This document shows, in pieces, positions 1-10,613 of a stretch of DNA of 64,000 nucleotides. The translations under genes and the position numbers were made by a program. Source of the stretch: Clostridiales bacterium (lineage in GTDB: Bacteria > Bacillota > Clostridia > TANB77 > CAG-508). The stretch's first letter is position 1. The number at the start of each line of letters is the position of its first letter. Under the pieces are notes generated by a model, which saw nothing but the letters and a program-made list of their open reading frames with translations, ran no database searches and was not told where the DNA came from. Location: the NCBI GenBank assembly GCA_003525075.1, contig DQFO01000008.1:6287-70286 (forward strand). The letters are read 5' to 3'.

Positions 1-1049
1 AAGAAAGTGCAAAATCATCAATTGAAAAACTTAATAAAAATGGAATTAGAGTTATTGTTTTAACTGGTGATAATGTTGAAGTTACAAAATGTATTTGTGA
101 TAAAGTTGGTATTAAATCACCACAAATTGTTATTGGAAGTCAAATTGATAAATTACAAGATATTGCTGTAAAAAGATTATTGAAAAAGACAAATATTTTT
201 GCAAAACTTTCTCCTATTCAAAAAGCTCGTATTGTAAGACTTTTAAGAAATACTGGAAATGTTGTTGGATATATGGGTGATGGTATAAATGATAGTCCTT
301 CACTTATAAATTCTGATGTTGGTATTTCTGTTGATACAGCTGTTGATATTGCAAAAGAATCTGCAGATATTATTTTACTTGAGAAAGATTTACATGTTTT
401 ACTTGATGGTGTAAAAGAAGGTCGTCATACTTATGCAAATCTAATGAAATATATTAAACTTGCTGCAAGCTTTAATTTTGGTGAAGTTATGTCTGTAATT
501 ATTGCAAGTGTTATTCTTCCATTTTTACCTGAAACACCAATTCAACTTTTAGTTGAAGGATTATTATATGATTTCGGTCAATTGACTTTACCTTTAGATA
601 ATGTTGATGAAGAATATTTGAAAAAACCTAAAAAGTTTGATGTAAAAAGTCTAAAAAATTTTATGCTATTTATGGGACCACTTAGTTCATGTTTTGATTT
701 AATAGTTTTTGCTTTAGTTTGGTTTACTTATGATATTCATGAACCTGCAATTTTCCAAACTATTTGGTTTATTTATAGTATTGTTTCAAACCTTGTTGGA
801 ATGCATGTTATTAGAACTGCTAAGATTCCTTTTAAAGAGAGTCATGCTTCAAAAGCTGTTTACTTTTCATCAATTTCAATTTGTATTATTGCTATGATTA
901 TACCTTTTACTTTTATAGGTCGTGCAATTGGTCTTACTGCTCTTGCTGCTAAAGATTTCTTAGTTATTATTGGTGTTCCAATATTGTATTGTTTTGTTGC
1001 AGTTATTGCTAAAAAGATTTATATTAAGAAATATGGTGAATGGATTTAG
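1..1049 (+). CDS. mgtA: Magnesium-translocating P-type ATPase, C-terminal part (5' end lies outside the window; reading frame starts at nt 3)
   Basis: The frame is open from nt 3. It shows the P-type ATPase hinge motif MGDGINDSPSL, then DIILLEKDL and NLMKYIKLAASFNFGEV, followed by C-terminal TM helices, collinear with the MgtA/MgtB C-terminus. Confidence 0.85.
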   Translation, partial: ESAKSSIEKLNKNGIRVIVLTGDNVEVTKCICDKVGIKSPQIVIGSQIDKLQDIAVKRLLKKTNIFAKLSPIQKARIVRLLRNTGNVVGYMGDGINDSPSLINSDVGISVDTAVDIAKESADIILLEKDLHVLLDGVKEGRHTYANLMKYIKLAASFNFGEVMSVIIASVILPFLPETPIQLLVEGLLYDFGQLTLPLDNVDEEYLKKPKKFDVKSLKNFMLFMGPLSSCFDLIVFALVWFTYDIHEPAIFQTIWFIYSIVSNLVGMHVIRTAKIPFKESHASKAVYFSSISICIIAMIIPFTFIGRAIGLTALAAKDFLVIIGVPILYCFVAVIAKKIYIKKYGEWI

Positions 1050-1058
1050 AAAATTAAA

Positions 1059-1084
1059 GACGGAATATTTTTATTCCGCCTTTT
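1059..1084. terminator. Hairpin gacggaata/tattccgcc plus T-run between convergent mgtA and rnr
   Basis: A 9-bp stem with 1 mismatch is followed by TTTT. It overlaps the rnr stop codon. Confidence 0.5.
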
Positions 1085-3020
1085 CTTCACATATCTCAAA
1101 ATCAATTTGTCTCATTAATTTACTAGCATTAGCAACTCTAATTTTAACCTTATCTCCAATTTGATAAACCTTTCCAGTATGTTCACCAATAGCTTGTCTC
1201 TTTTCTTCATTGTAAATAAAATATTCATCACCTAATTTTTCGTAACGAATTAGACCTTCAACAGTATTGTCAAGTTCAACAAATATTCCAAAATTAGTAA
1301 CAGATGATACAATTCCTTCATATTCTTCACCAATTTTACTTTCCATGAATTCTGCTTTCTTAATATCTTCTGCTTCTCTTTCTACTTTTGTTGCAACTCT
1401 TTCTCTTTCTGAACAATTTTCCGCTCTCTTTTCTGCTCTTTTTTCATATTTCTTAATCCAAAAATCATTTACTAAATAATCATTATCTAAATATTTTGAT
1501 ATTATTCTGTGTATGAATAAATCAGGATATCTTCTTATTGGTGATGTAAAATGGCAATAATATTTACTTGCAATTCCAAAATGTCCTTTATTTTCTGCTT
1601 CATATTTTGCAACTCTCAAAGTTCTTAATATTATATTTGATACTACTTTTTCTTCGTCTTTACCTTTTACATCTTCAAGAATTTTTGCAAATTCATTTGG
1701 ATAAATAATTTCTTCTTTTGAAATTTTTATTTTATATCCAAAATTATATAATGATTTATTTAATTCTTTTACTTTATCAACATCTGGTGCTTCATGGTTT
1801 CTATATATAAATGGTGCTTGTAACCAATAAAATTTTTCAGCAACTGTTTCATTTGCAATTAGCATAAATTGTTCAATTATTTCATTTGCAAAATATGTTT
1901 CATATTTTTTTACATCTATTGCAACACCATTTTCATCAAGTATTATTTTACTTTCTGGAATTTCAAGATTCAAATATCCATTTTCTTTTCTTTTTGCTTT
2001 TAATATATTTGCTAATTCTGCCATTAAATCAAAATATGAAATATATTTTTCATATCTTTTTAAGACTGTTTCATCAGATCTATCTAATATTTTTTGTACA
2101 TCTGTATAACACATTCTTTCTGTTACACGTATTACACCTTTATATATATCTGATGATACTATTTTAGCTTTTGGTGTTATTTCCATTGAACATGATAATG
2201 TATATCTATCTTCACCTGCATTTAAACTACATATTCCATTTGATAATTCTCTTGGAAGCATTGGTATTACTCTTCCTAACATATAAATACTTGTTCCTCT
2301 TAAATATGCTTCTTTATCAAGTTCTGTTTTTTCTCTTACATAATGACTTACATCTGCAATATGAACATCTAATTTATAATTGCCATTTTCCAATTTTTCT
2401 ACATGTATTGCATCATCTAAATCTTTAGCATCTTCACCATCAATTGTAAATATTATGTCATTACGCAAATCTCTTCTTCTTGGCAAATCTGATGGATCAA
2501 TTTTATCTCCATAGGCTTTTGCTTCTGCAACAACCTCATCTGGAAATTTATATGGAAGTTCATATTGTTTTATTAATGATAACATGTCAACACCTGCTTC
2601 ATTAATTCCGCCTAATACTTCAATAACTTTTCCTTCTGCATTTTTTCCTTTTTCAGGATATTTTAAAATTTGAACTAATACTTTTTTCTTATCTCTGGCT
2701 TTTCCCCAATTAGCTTTTGATATAAATATATCTGTTCCAAAATTCTTATCATCAGGAACAACAAATGCAAAATTTCTACTTTTTTGAAAAGTTCCAACTA
2801 CTGTATCTTTTTCATGTCTTACTATTTTTACTATTTTACCTTCTTGCTTTTTATCTCCTTCTTTTTCTGCTATTATTTTAATTGCTACAGTATCTCCATT
2901 TAAAGCATTTTTTGAATTTTCTCTTGATATATATATTTCATCTTCTTGATCTTCTATTTTTACAAATCCAAATCCTTTTTGATTTTTCCTATATGTTCCA
3001 ATTATTTCTTCTTTGCTCAT
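1071..3020 (-). CDS. rnr: Ribonuclease R (3'-5' exoribonuclease, RNB domain plus C-terminal S1 domain)
   Basis: 649 aa. It has an N-terminal OB/cold-shock-like region, RNB catalytic motifs (FTIDGEDAKDLDDAI, HFGIAS..YCHFTSPIRRYPDL) and a C-terminal S1 domain (YEGIVSSVTNFGIFVEL). A GGAGG RBS precedes the start. Confidence 0.9.
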   Translation of the reverse strand: MSKEEIIGTYRKNQKGFGFVKIEDQEDEIYISRENSKNALNGDTVAIKIIAEKEGDKKQEGKIVKIVRHEKDTVVGTFQKSRNFAFVVPDDKNFGTDIFISKANWGKARDKKKVLVQILKYPEKGKNAEGKVIEVLGGINEAGVDMLSLIKQYELPYKFPDEVVAEAKAYGDKIDPSDLPRRRDLRNDIIFTIDGEDAKDLDDAIHVEKLENGNYKLDVHIADVSHYVREKTELDKEAYLRGTSIYMLGRVIPMLPRELSNGICSLNAGEDRYTLSCSMEITPKAKIVSSDIYKGVIRVTERMCYTDVQKILDRSDETVLKRYEKYISYFDLMAELANILKAKRKENGYLNLEIPESKIILDENGVAIDVKKYETYFANEIIEQFMLIANETVAEKFYWLQAPFIYRNHEAPDVDKVKELNKSLYNFGYKIKISKEEIIYPNEFAKILEDVKGKDEEKVVSNIILRTLRVAKYEAENKGHFGIASKYYCHFTSPIRRYPDLFIHRIISKYLDNDYLVNDFWIKKYEKRAEKRAENCSERERVATKVEREAEDIKKAEFMESKIGEEYEGIVSSVTNFGIFVELDNTVEGLIRYEKLGDEYFIYNEEKRQAIGEHTGKVYQIGDKVKIRVANASKLMRQIDFEICEEKAE

Positions 3021-3085
3021 TTTTCCTCCTAAATTATGATTTAATATATAAAAGAAAGCAGTTCTACTGAACCGCTTTTGTTAAT

Positions 3086-3334
3086 TTATGCTATGTAAAT
3101 TATAGAAAGTGCTATTGTAACTATTACAAATGATATTCCTAATATAATAGTCCATTTTTTTTGCATTCCTTCTTTTGTTCTGCCTTTATTTTTCTCAAAA
3201 AAGTTATTTGTAGATGAACCTGTTATTGTTGATGATAACCCTGCATCATCTTTTGATTGTACCATGGCTAATATTGTTAATGCTAAACAAATTATTAAAT
3301 CTACTACAACTAATATTATTTTTACTACTTGCAT
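3086..3334 (-). CDS. secG: Preprotein translocase subunit SecG
   Basis: 82 aa with two TM helices and a central loop (VQSKDDAGLSS...). It sits immediately upstream of rnr, as is typical in Firmicutes, and has a GGAGG RBS. Confidence 0.7.
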   Translation of the reverse strand: MQVVKIILVVVDLIICLALTILAMVQSKDDAGLSSTITGSSTNNFFEKNKGRTKEGMQKKWTIILGISFVIVTIALSIIYIA

Positions 3335-3400
3335 TTAGTATTCCTCCTAACGGTTTAATTATTCATATTTATAATACTAGAACATTTTAACATATATTTC

Positions 3401-4084
3401 CTAGAAAATCAATGCTAATAAATTAAAAACTGCAACTTTTAACATAATTTTTATAAATAAACTTGAATTTGTAGCTATTATAGCTCCTTTATTTAATTCT
3501 TCTAATCTTTTACCGATTTTTTTCACTTCTTCTTCATCAAGTATCTTTTTTTCTTTCAAATATTCTTTTGCTAAATATTCTGATTTTGTCATTGCATCAT
3601 TTTCTAAAAACATTCTAATAGCATAATATAACATACTTATTATTAATAATATATTTGAAAAAACTAATTCATTTGGTAGTTTTTTTATGATTATTAATAT
3701 ACTTGATATTATGAAATATAATATGTATATATTTGAAAAAATAAAATTAAAAATCAAGACTTTTCTGTCCTGTATTGAATGTAGGCATTCATGTGCAATT
3801 GTTTGAATCCTTGTAAAACTTCCGTGCATATTTCCTAAATATATTTTATCTTGTAGTGCAATATATAATGTTGAATCTGATTCAATATTTTCTTCTATTT
3901 GCGTTTTTTCATTTTCCATTTTTTTTAATATTTCTTTACAAATTTCTATATTATCTGGATATTTTTCTGAAATTTTATTCAATTCTTTATCTATTGCAAT
4001 TTTATTTAATTTCTTAATATTAATTGGCATTAAGAGTATCATTACTACACTTGAAATAAGTGCAATTATTATAATTAGTATCAT
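3401..4084 (-). CDS. Hypothetical membrane protein with an HExxH zinc-metalloprotease-like motif
   Basis: 227 aa with an N-terminal TM helix, the motif TIAHECLHSIQD (HExxH), then 2-3 TM helices. I did not recognise a family. Confidence 0.45.
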   Translation of the reverse strand: MILIIIIALISSVVMILLMPINIKKLNKIAIDKELNKISEKYPDNIEICKEILKKMENEKTQIEENIESDSTLYIALQDKIYLGNMHGSFTRIQTIAHECLHSIQDRKVLIFNFIFSNIYILYFIISSILIIIKKLPNELVFSNILLIISMLYYAIRMFLENDAMTKSEYLAKEYLKEKKILDEEEVKKIGKRLEELNKGAIIATNSSLFIKIMLKVAVFNLLALIF

Positions 4085-4144
4085 TTTTAATTATTACCTT
4101 TCTTTTATAATTAAAATTTCCTAATTACATTATAAATTCAATTC

Positions 4145-4480
4145 TTATTTTAATAGTTCTTGGACTACATTTCCTATTATTTTATTTACATCTGCTATTA
4201 ATACATTAAATCTTATTTCAGCATCAAAATATTTACTTGCTTCTTCATTTTGAATAAGTTCTCCATATAATTCTTGAACATGTTTCATTTTTTGTTCATC
4301 ATCTTTTCCTGTTTGTAATGCTACTATTTGAGTTTCATATCTTGCATTTTCAAATTCATCAATTTTTTTCTTTAATTCATAATTTAAGTTAATAGCTTCT
4401 TTTGCAGTTCTATATGTTACATATTCTTCTGACTTCTTTATTTCTTCTGCTAATTCATTTGCTAAATCATAAACTTTCAT
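4145..4480 (-). CDS. YlbF/YmcA-family regulatory protein (UPF0342)
   Basis: The N-terminus MKVYDLANELAEEIKKSEEYVTYRTAKEAI and the helical ~110-aa size fit the YlbF family. I chose the start at the ATG with a GAGGA RBS 8 nt upstream; the tracked ORF extends to 4513. Confidence 0.6.
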   Translation of the reverse strand: MKVYDLANELAEEIKKSEEYVTYRTAKEAINLNYELKKKIDEFENARYETQIVALQTGKDDEQKMKHVQELYGELIQNEEASKYFDAEIRFNVLIADVNKIIGNVVQELLK

Positions 4481-4565
4481 GTTCTTGATCCTCATCTCCT
4501 TGCATTTTTTCAAAATATCATAATATTTACGAATTTTCTCAAAAATATTATTCTAATATTATGAA

Positions 4566-5051
4566 TTAATATTCTTGTATTGTCCATTTTTCAGTATTTA
4601 CTTCATACCATTTTTGAACTTGATCATTTAATCTTACAGCAATATAATAAACATTTCCTTCTTTTTGTTCTACATTATATGTAACATTTGAATCATTTTC
4701 TCCCCATTCTTTTTTGGCAAGTTCTATTGCTTTTTCTTCTTTTGTTTGTGATGTACTAGTTGTTTGACTTGCATCACTTTCTTTTTCTTCTTCTCCTACA
4801 TATCCATTTGTTGAAGCTGTACTAGTACTTTCTGTCTTAGTTGTTTCTGTATTTGTTGTACTAGTAGTTTGAGTTGAATTTGTAGTTATGTTTGTATTTT
4901 CTGTTTGTTTTGTACTTTGACTATTTAATGAATTTGATTTGTTGTTTTCTATTATTTCTGGATATATTATAAAACCAACAATTAATGTAATTGCTAAAAA
5001 TGCAACAATTATTATCATAGTTAATAAATTTTGTTTTTCTCTTGTTTCCAT
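4566..5051 (-). CDS. Membrane-anchored Thr/Ser-rich protein, unknown function
   Basis: 161 aa with an N-terminal TM helix, a low-complexity T/S/N linker and a small C-terminal globular domain (KEWGENDSNVTYNV..YYIAV). Confidence 0.45.
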   Translation of the reverse strand: METREKQNLLTMIIIVAFLAITLIVGFIIYPEIIENNKSNSLNSQSTKQTENTNITTNSTQTTSTTNTETTKTESTSTASTNGYVGEEEKESDASQTTSTSQTKEEKAIELAKKEWGENDSNVTYNVEQKEGNVYYIAVRLNDQVQKWYEVNTEKWTIQEY

Positions 5052-5093
5052 TTTCTTTTTTCCTTTCTCTATATATCTTTTTTGTAAGCTTTT

Positions 5094-6281
5094 TTATAAA
5101 ATTTCCGCATTTTTTTCTCCATCAGAAAACTTTATTGTAATTATATCACCTTTATCTATTTGAGTAGCTCTCTTTATAATTTTTCCATCTTTTTCTGTTA
5201 AACTATATCCTCTAATTAATGTTTTTAATGGACTTATAGAATCTAATTTTGTTACTAATTCTGTATATTTATTCTTCTTTTCTGTTTTTATTTCTTTCAT
5301 CGCATTTTCTAATCTTTTCATATAATCATCTAATATTATAGAATTGTCCATAACTTTTCTCATTGGATCTGTAAATATTCTGGATTTCATTATTTTCTCA
5401 AATCTTAATTTCATGATTTCTATTTTTTTCTTTAATGCTAATTTGCTTCTATCTTGATAATTTATAATTTTTTGCTTAACTTCAAAAATATCTGGTACTG
5501 CTAATTCTGCTGCAGCAGATGGGGTTGGTGCTCTCAAATCTGCAACAAAGTCTGCTATTGTAAAATCAGTTTCATGTCCTACTGCTGAGATTATTGGAAT
5601 TTCAGAATCATAAATTGCTCTTGCCACAATTTCTTCATTAAATGGCCATAAATCTTCTAATGATCCTCCTCCTCTTCCAATTATTAAAACATCTGCTAAT
5701 TTTTTTTCATTCATTATTCTAATTTTATCAGCTATTTGTTCTGCAGCACCAGGACCTTGTACTGGCACTGGTAATAGTCTTATATATACATTTGGATTTC
5801 TTCTTGTTGAAACATTTATTATATCTCTTATAACAGCTCCTGTTTGAGATGTTAAAACTCCTATTACATTTGGATATAATGGTATTATCTTTTTATGAGA
5901 TTGCTCAAAAAGGCCTTCTTTTTCAAGCTTAGCCTTTAATTGTTCAAATTGTTCATGCAAATCTCCTATACCATCTTCCATCATTGATTTTGCATATATT
6001 TGATATACTCCATCTCTTTCAAATACAGATACAGTTCCAAATACCATAACTTTCATTCCATCTTTAGGTTTAAATGTTAATTTTTCTGCATAACTTTTAA
6101 ACATTATACATTTTATTAAGGAGTTCTCATCTTTTAAAGTAAAATATAAATGTCCTGTATAATGATTTTTAAAATTTGATATTTCTCCTTTTACTAGTAT
6201 TGCATTTAAGTTCTCATCTTCATCAAATCTATCTTTTAAATATTTATTTAATTGTGTTACCGTTACTGCATTATATTTCAT
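5094..6281 (-). CDS. xseA: Exodeoxyribonuclease VII large subunit
   Basis: 395 aa with an N-terminal OB fold (VKGEISNFKNHYTGHLYFTLKD) and catalytic core (IIGRGGGSLEDLWPFNEE, ISAVGHETD). AAGGAG RBS. Confidence 0.9.
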   Translation of the reverse strand: MKYNAVTVTQLNKYLKDRFDEDENLNAILVKGEISNFKNHYTGHLYFTLKDENSLIKCIMFKSYAEKLTFKPKDGMKVMVFGTVSVFERDGVYQIYAKSMMEDGIGDLHEQFEQLKAKLEKEGLFEQSHKKIIPLYPNVIGVLTSQTGAVIRDIINVSTRRNPNVYIRLLPVPVQGPGAAEQIADKIRIMNEKKLADVLIIGRGGGSLEDLWPFNEEIVARAIYDSEIPIISAVGHETDFTIADFVADLRAPTPSAAAELAVPDIFEVKQKIINYQDRSKLALKKKIEIMKLRFEKIMKSRIFTDPMRKVMDNSIILDDYMKRLENAMKEIKTEKKNKYTELVTKLDSISPLKTLIRGYSLTEKDGKIIKRATQIDKGDIITIKFSDGEKNAEIL

Positions 6282-6298
6282 TTGTTATCTCCTTACCC

Positions 6299-6742
6299 TT
6301 ATTCGGCAATTTGCTCCTTAACAACACTTGCAAGTATTCCATTTATAAAGTTTCTTGATGTTTCTTCTCCATATTTTTTGGAAATCTCTAATGCTTCATT
6401 TATTGCAACTTTATATGGTAATTCTTTATATTTTATTTCATAAATAGCAAGCTTTAATATACTAAAATCTACTTTTGAAATTCTTTCTAGTGTCCAATCA
6501 GCTTTTAGATTCTTTTTTATTAAATTATTTATTTCATCTGTATGTTGTTTTATTCCATTAATTGCGTCTATAATATATTCTTTTGCTTCTTTATCTGTTA
6601 TTTCTTCACATTCTAAATATAAATCAATTTGTTCTTCTAAATTTTCTGGTTCCTGAATTTCAAAACTATATATTAGTTTAAATGCTGCTTCTCTAATTGC
6701 TGATCTTTTCATAATTTTAATGCTAGACTTTTCTTCTAGCAT
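6299..6742 (-). CDS. nusB: Transcription antitermination factor NusB
   Basis: The MKRSAIREAAFKLIY start region and NGILASV C-terminal motif match NusB. The start could be the internal ATG 10 codons downstream. Confidence 0.85.
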   Translation of the reverse strand: MLEEKSSIKIMKRSAIREAAFKLIYSFEIQEPENLEEQIDLYLECEEITDKEAKEYIIDAINGIKQHTDEINNLIKKNLKADWTLERISKVDFSILKLAIYEIKYKELPYKVAINEALEISKKYGEETSRNFINGILASVVKEQIAE

Positions 6743-6765
6743 TCTCCCTTCTAAATTTTTATATT

Positions 6766-6969
6766 TTAAAGTCTATCTATAAAGTTTTTTAATTTTTCTT
6801 TTACAATGTCTTTATTTTTTTGTACATAACTTCCAACCATTGCTCCTAATATTATTACAACACAGCCTATTATTAGGTCATATAATTTTGTACAAAGTAT
6901 TAATATAGCAACAACTATTCCTATAATTGCCCCTTTATATTGGTTCCAAAAGTTTTTAAATCCTTCCAT
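6766..6969 (-). CDS. Small integral membrane protein (DUF2273-like) of the asp23 cluster
   Basis: 67 aa with two TM helices. Its position between amaP and nusB is as in other Firmicute asp23 loci. GGAGG RBS. Confidence 0.55.
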   Translation of the reverse strand: MEGFKNFWNQYKGAIIGIVVAILILCTKLYDLIIGCVVIILGAMVGSYVQKNKDIVKEKLKNFIDRL

Positions 6970-6998
6970 GTTATACCTCCATTTTTATTTGTTATTGC

Positions 6999-7556
6999 TT
7001 ATTCTTTTGTTTCTTCTTGTTTTTTACTCATATTTATAATTTTTATATTTACATTTTTTACATCTAAATCTGATGTTTTTTTCATTTCTTCTTTTACTTT
7101 TGTTTGTAATCTATTTGCCAAATCTTTTATTATAACATCATCTTTTACTACAACTTGTAATGTTATTGATATTTCATTTTGTTCATCTATTGATATTCTA
7201 GGTGTACAATTTTCAATATTGTCAAATTTATAAACTACTGATTTTATCATATTATCTAATGTTTCTTTTGTTATTAAAAGTTGTCCATTTTCATTTTTTA
7301 ATAATATTCCTTGTGATTCTTTTATTTTTTCTTCTGTATCTGAATCAAAGAATATACATTTTATTGATAATAATATAAATATTGCACTTATTACTAATGT
7401 TATTTTTGATGAAATATCTCCTTGTGCAATTGTTGTTACTGTTTTTGTTACTGTTCCAATATCAATCCAATTAAAAACTAACAAACACATTATTACTGCT
7501 AAAACTAATACTATGTATGAATACACTGTTAGTGCAAATTTTTCTAAAAATTTCAT
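6999..7556 (-). CDS. Alkaline shock response membrane anchor protein AmaP-like
   Basis: 185 aa with two N-terminal TM helices, directly downstream of the Asp23 gene. Confidence 0.55.
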   Translation of the reverse strand: MKFLEKFALTVYSYIVLVLAVIMCLLVFNWIDIGTVTKTVTTIAQGDISSKITLVISAIFILLSIKCIFFDSDTEEKIKESQGILLKNENGQLLITKETLDNMIKSVVYKFDNIENCTPRISIDEQNEISITLQVVVKDDVIIKDLANRLQTKVKEEMKKTSDLDVKNVNIKIINMSKKQEETKE

Positions 7557-7620
7557 TTTTCTTCACATTCCTTCCTCAAAATAGTTTTTACAACTATTTT
7601 CTCTTTTATCTTAAATGAAA

Positions 7621-7668
7621 AAGGCATGATTAAATTAATTTGATATTTTTTTATTCATGCCTTTTTTA
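7621..7668 (-). terminator. Hairpin aaggcatga/tcatgcctt between asp23 and amaP (terminator or attenuator)
   Basis: A 9-bp perfect stem with a long AT-rich loop, flanked by A/T runs. Confidence 0.45.
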
Positions 7669-7670
7669 CT

Positions 7671-8102
7671 TTATTGTTGTTCTTCTATTACTTCTTCATT
7701 TTCTTCTTTTTCTTCAACTTCTTTTTCTGTCTTTACTCCTTGTACATGTACATTAACTTCTGAAACTTTTAATCCTGTCATGTTTTCAACTGATTTTTTT
7801 ACTCTTGTTTGTATTTCATAAGCTACATCTGGAATTCTTGAACCATATTCCACAATGATGTTTACATCTATTCTTACTTCTTTTTCATCAGCATCAACTT
7901 TTATTCCTTTGCTAAGGTTTTTCTTTCCACTTAATACTTCTGTAATTCCTCCTGCAAATCCTCCTGCCATGCTTGCAACTCCTGGTACTTCTGATACTGC
8001 CACACCAGCAATTACTGATATTACGTCATTTGCTATTTTTATGCCATTATTTCCTTCTTCAATTTCTTTTACTTCTTCATTTTCAACATTGTTTTCTTCC
8101 AT
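7671..8102 (-). CDS. Asp23/Gls24-family envelope stress response protein
   Basis: IANDVISVIAGVAVSEVPGVASM and the VNVHVQGV core are typical of Asp23. Both termini are acidic. Confidence 0.85.
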   Translation of the reverse strand: MEENNVENEEVKEIEEGNNGIKIANDVISVIAGVAVSEVPGVASMAGGFAGGITEVLSGKKNLSKGIKVDADEKEVRIDVNIIVEYGSRIPDVAYEIQTRVKKSVENMTGLKVSEVNVHVQGVKTEKEVEEKEENEEVIEEQQ

Positions 8103-8208
8103 ATTCTCAACATTCCTTTCTTGTTTTTTTAGATATATTTTATATCCTTTCTCTATTAGTATATCAATTTTTATTTTTTTTTACAACTATTTTTAGTGAA
8201 TTATTATA

Positions 8209-9648
8209 TTAATATTGTCTACCCCATATAACCATTTTTGTTGCTGGTTTTCCACAACATACACATGTATCTCCAATATGTTCTTGTTCAAATGGCATAC
8301 ATCTTGATTTTGCTGCTGTTAATTCTTTTATTTTTGCCTCACATTCTTCATTTCCACACCACATTGCTTTTATAAAACCTTGTTCTTTGTTCATATTTGC
8401 TTGAAATTCTTCTAAATTATGTGCAATAGTTGTTTTTGCTTCCATTCTTTTTTTACATGTATCAAACATATTTTGTTGAATTAGTTCTAGTATTTCGCCT
8501 ATTTTTGAAGATAATTCATCTAATTTTACTTCTATTTTTTCATTTGTATCTCTTCTAACTAAAATACAAATTCCATTTTCTATGTCTCTTGGTCCCATTT
8601 CTATTCTTAATGGAACTCCTCTCATTTCCCAATCATTAAATTTATACCCTGGTGATACTTTTTCTCTGTCATCTAATTCAATTCTATATTTATTTTTTAA
8701 CTCTTCAAATATTTCTTGAGCTTTTTCTTTTACTCCTTCTTTATGCATTGCTACTGGTACTAAAACCACTTGTATTGGTGCTACTCTTGGTGGTAATTTT
8801 AGTCCTCTATTATCACCATGTGCCATTATTAATGCTCCTATAAGTCTTGTTGATATTCCCCAAGATGTTTGATATGCATATTCTTGTTTTCCTTCTCTAT
8901 TTTGAAATACTACATTAAATGGTTTTGTGAAATTTTGTCCAAAATAATGTGATGTCCCTGATTGTAATGCCTTTCCATCATATGTCATTGCTTCTATTGT
9001 ATATGTTTCGTCAGCTCCAGCAAATTTTTCTGATTCTGTTTTTATTCCTTTTATAACTGGTATTGCTAAAAGATTTTCAGCTATATCTGCATATATATTT
9101 AACATTTGTAATGTTCTTTCTTGTGCTTCTTTTGCTGTTTCATGTATTGTATGTCCTTCCTGCCACAAAAATTCTCTTGAGCGCAAAAATGGTCTTGTTT
9201 CTTTTTCCCATCTTAATACACTACACCATTGATTATATACAAATGGTAAATCTCTCCATGATTTTAACCATTTTGAATACATTGTTGTAAATATTGTTTC
9301 TGATGTTGGTCTTACACATAATTTTTCGTCTAATTTTTCTCCTCCTGCTTCTGTTACCCAAGCAACTTCTGGTGCAAATCCTTCTACATGATCTTTTTCT
9401 TTTTGTAATAAACTTTCTGGTATTAATACTGGAAAATATGTATTTTTTACTCCTGTTTCTTTAAATTTTCTATCTGCATAATTTTGGATATTTTCCCAAA
9501 TCGCATATCCATATGGTCTTATTGCTATACAACCTTTTGTATCTGTATAATCTGCAAGTTCTGCTTTTAATACTATGTCTGTATACCATTGAGCAAAGTT
9601 TTCATCTATATTTGTTATTTCTTTTACAAAGTTTTTATTATCTTCCAT
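8209..9648 (-). CDS. proS: Proline--tRNA ligase (archaeal/eukaryote-like type, ~480 aa)
   Basis: The N-terminus [31 protein letters not shown], class II motifs and the C-terminal Zn-binding domain ending in WGRQY match ProRS. Confidence 0.92.
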   Translation of the reverse strand: MEDNKNFVKEITNIDENFAQWYTDIVLKAELADYTDTKGCIAIRPYGYAIWENIQNYADRKFKETGVKNTYFPVLIPESLLQKEKDHVEGFAPEVAWVTEAGGEKLDEKLCVRPTSETIFTTMYSKWLKSWRDLPFVYNQWCSVLRWEKETRPFLRSREFLWQEGHTIHETAKEAQERTLQMLNIYADIAENLLAIPVIKGIKTESEKFAGADETYTIEAMTYDGKALQSGTSHYFGQNFTKPFNVVFQNREGKQEYAYQTSWGISTRLIGALIMAHGDNRGLKLPPRVAPIQVVLVPVAMHKEGVKEKAQEIFEELKNKYRIELDDREKVSPGYKFNDWEMRGVPLRIEMGPRDIENGICILVRRDTNEKIEVKLDELSSKIGEILELIQQNMFDTCKKRMEAKTTIAHNLEEFQANMNKEQGFIKAMWCGNEECEAKIKELTAAKSRCMPFEQEHIGDTCVCCGKPATKMVIWGRQY

Positions 9649-9664
9649 TAATATTTTCTCCTTT

Positions 9665-10288
9665 TTATTCTTGATTTTCTTTCACTTCTTCTCTTTCACT
9701 CGGCATTGGAACCTCAGTCTCAATTAAGTCATCTATTACAATTTGTCTATTTGAGTCTAATTTATATCTTGGAAGTTCTGGTAATTTATTTAAATCTGTA
9801 TAGCCGAACATTTTTAAAAATTCTTGTGTTGTTTTATATGTTGTTGGTCTTCCTGGTAAATCTGCTTTTCCAGCTTCTTCTATTAATCCATATTCTAATA
9901 ACTTATAAATTGTCCCATCTGAGTTTACACCTCTTATTGCTTCAATTTCTGGTCTTGTAGCTCTTGGATTATATGCTATTATTGCTAATGTTTCCAATGC
10001 TGCATTTGATAAATTTGGTTTCGTTCTTTTATCTATTATTGGATATATATATTCATAATATTTAGGGTTACTACACATTTGATAACCTTTTTCTACTTTT
10101 ATAATTTGTATTCCACTTTTCTCATATCTTATTTGCATTTTATTTATTATATTTTCTATTTTTTCTTGGCTCATTTCTAATGCTATCATTAATTCTTGTT
10201 CTGCTACAACTCGCCCTGCTGCAAATAGTATTGCTTCAATTATTTGTTCATAATTATTATTTTCATTTTGATTATCTGCCATTTGCAT
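9665..10288 (-). CDS. scpB: Segregation and condensation protein B
   Basis: [12 protein letters not shown], then [25 protein letters not shown] and [13 protein letters not shown]. The start may be the second ATG (10282). Confidence 0.85.
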   Translation of the reverse strand: MQMADNQNENNNYEQIIEAILFAAGRVVAEQELMIALEMSQEKIENIINKMQIRYEKSGIQIIKVEKGYQMCSNPKYYEYIYPIIDKRTKPNLSNAALETLAIIAYNPRATRPEIEAIRGVNSDGTIYKLLEYGLIEEAGKADLPGRPTTYKTTQEFLKMFGYTDLNKLPELPRYKLDSNRQIVIDDLIETEVPMPSEREEVKENQE

Positions 10289-10451
10289 TTCCTCTCTTTC
10301 ATATGGTACTATTTTACTATATTATACCTGAAATTGCAAGAATAAATTAGTATTTTATGTATATATCATTTTTAAATTTTTCTTGCTTTATTTATTTTTT
10401 TATGGTAAGATAAAAAACAAATAAGTAAATTGTAATATGAAAGGATATATT

Positions 10452-10610
10452 ATGTCAGAAGAAAATAAAAAAATAAAAATAGTTGATGGTGATGGATCTA
10501 CTTTAGATATTTCACCTGTTTATAATCATATTAAAGATGTAATTCCAAAGAAAAAAAATACTAAAAAAGATATTATTGTTCCTAGTGAAAAAAAGATTGA
10601 AAAAAAATAG
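10452..10610 (+). CDS. Small lysine-rich hypothetical protein (52 aa)
   Basis: Not in the ORF track (<60 aa). AAAGGA RBS 7 nt upstream. A TTGCTT-17-TAAGAT promoter-like sequence lies at ~10384-10412, and a strong hairpin terminator follows. Confidence 0.35.
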   Translation: MSEENKKIKIVDGDGSTLDISPVYNHIKDVIPKKKNTKKDIIVPSEKKIEKK

Positions 10611-10613
10611 AAA

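Noticed and set aside
9649-9664. An expected T-box leader upstream of proS.
   Set aside because: Only 16 nt separate proS from the scpB stop codon, so there is no room for a ~200-nt T-box. proS is probably co-transcribed with scpB.
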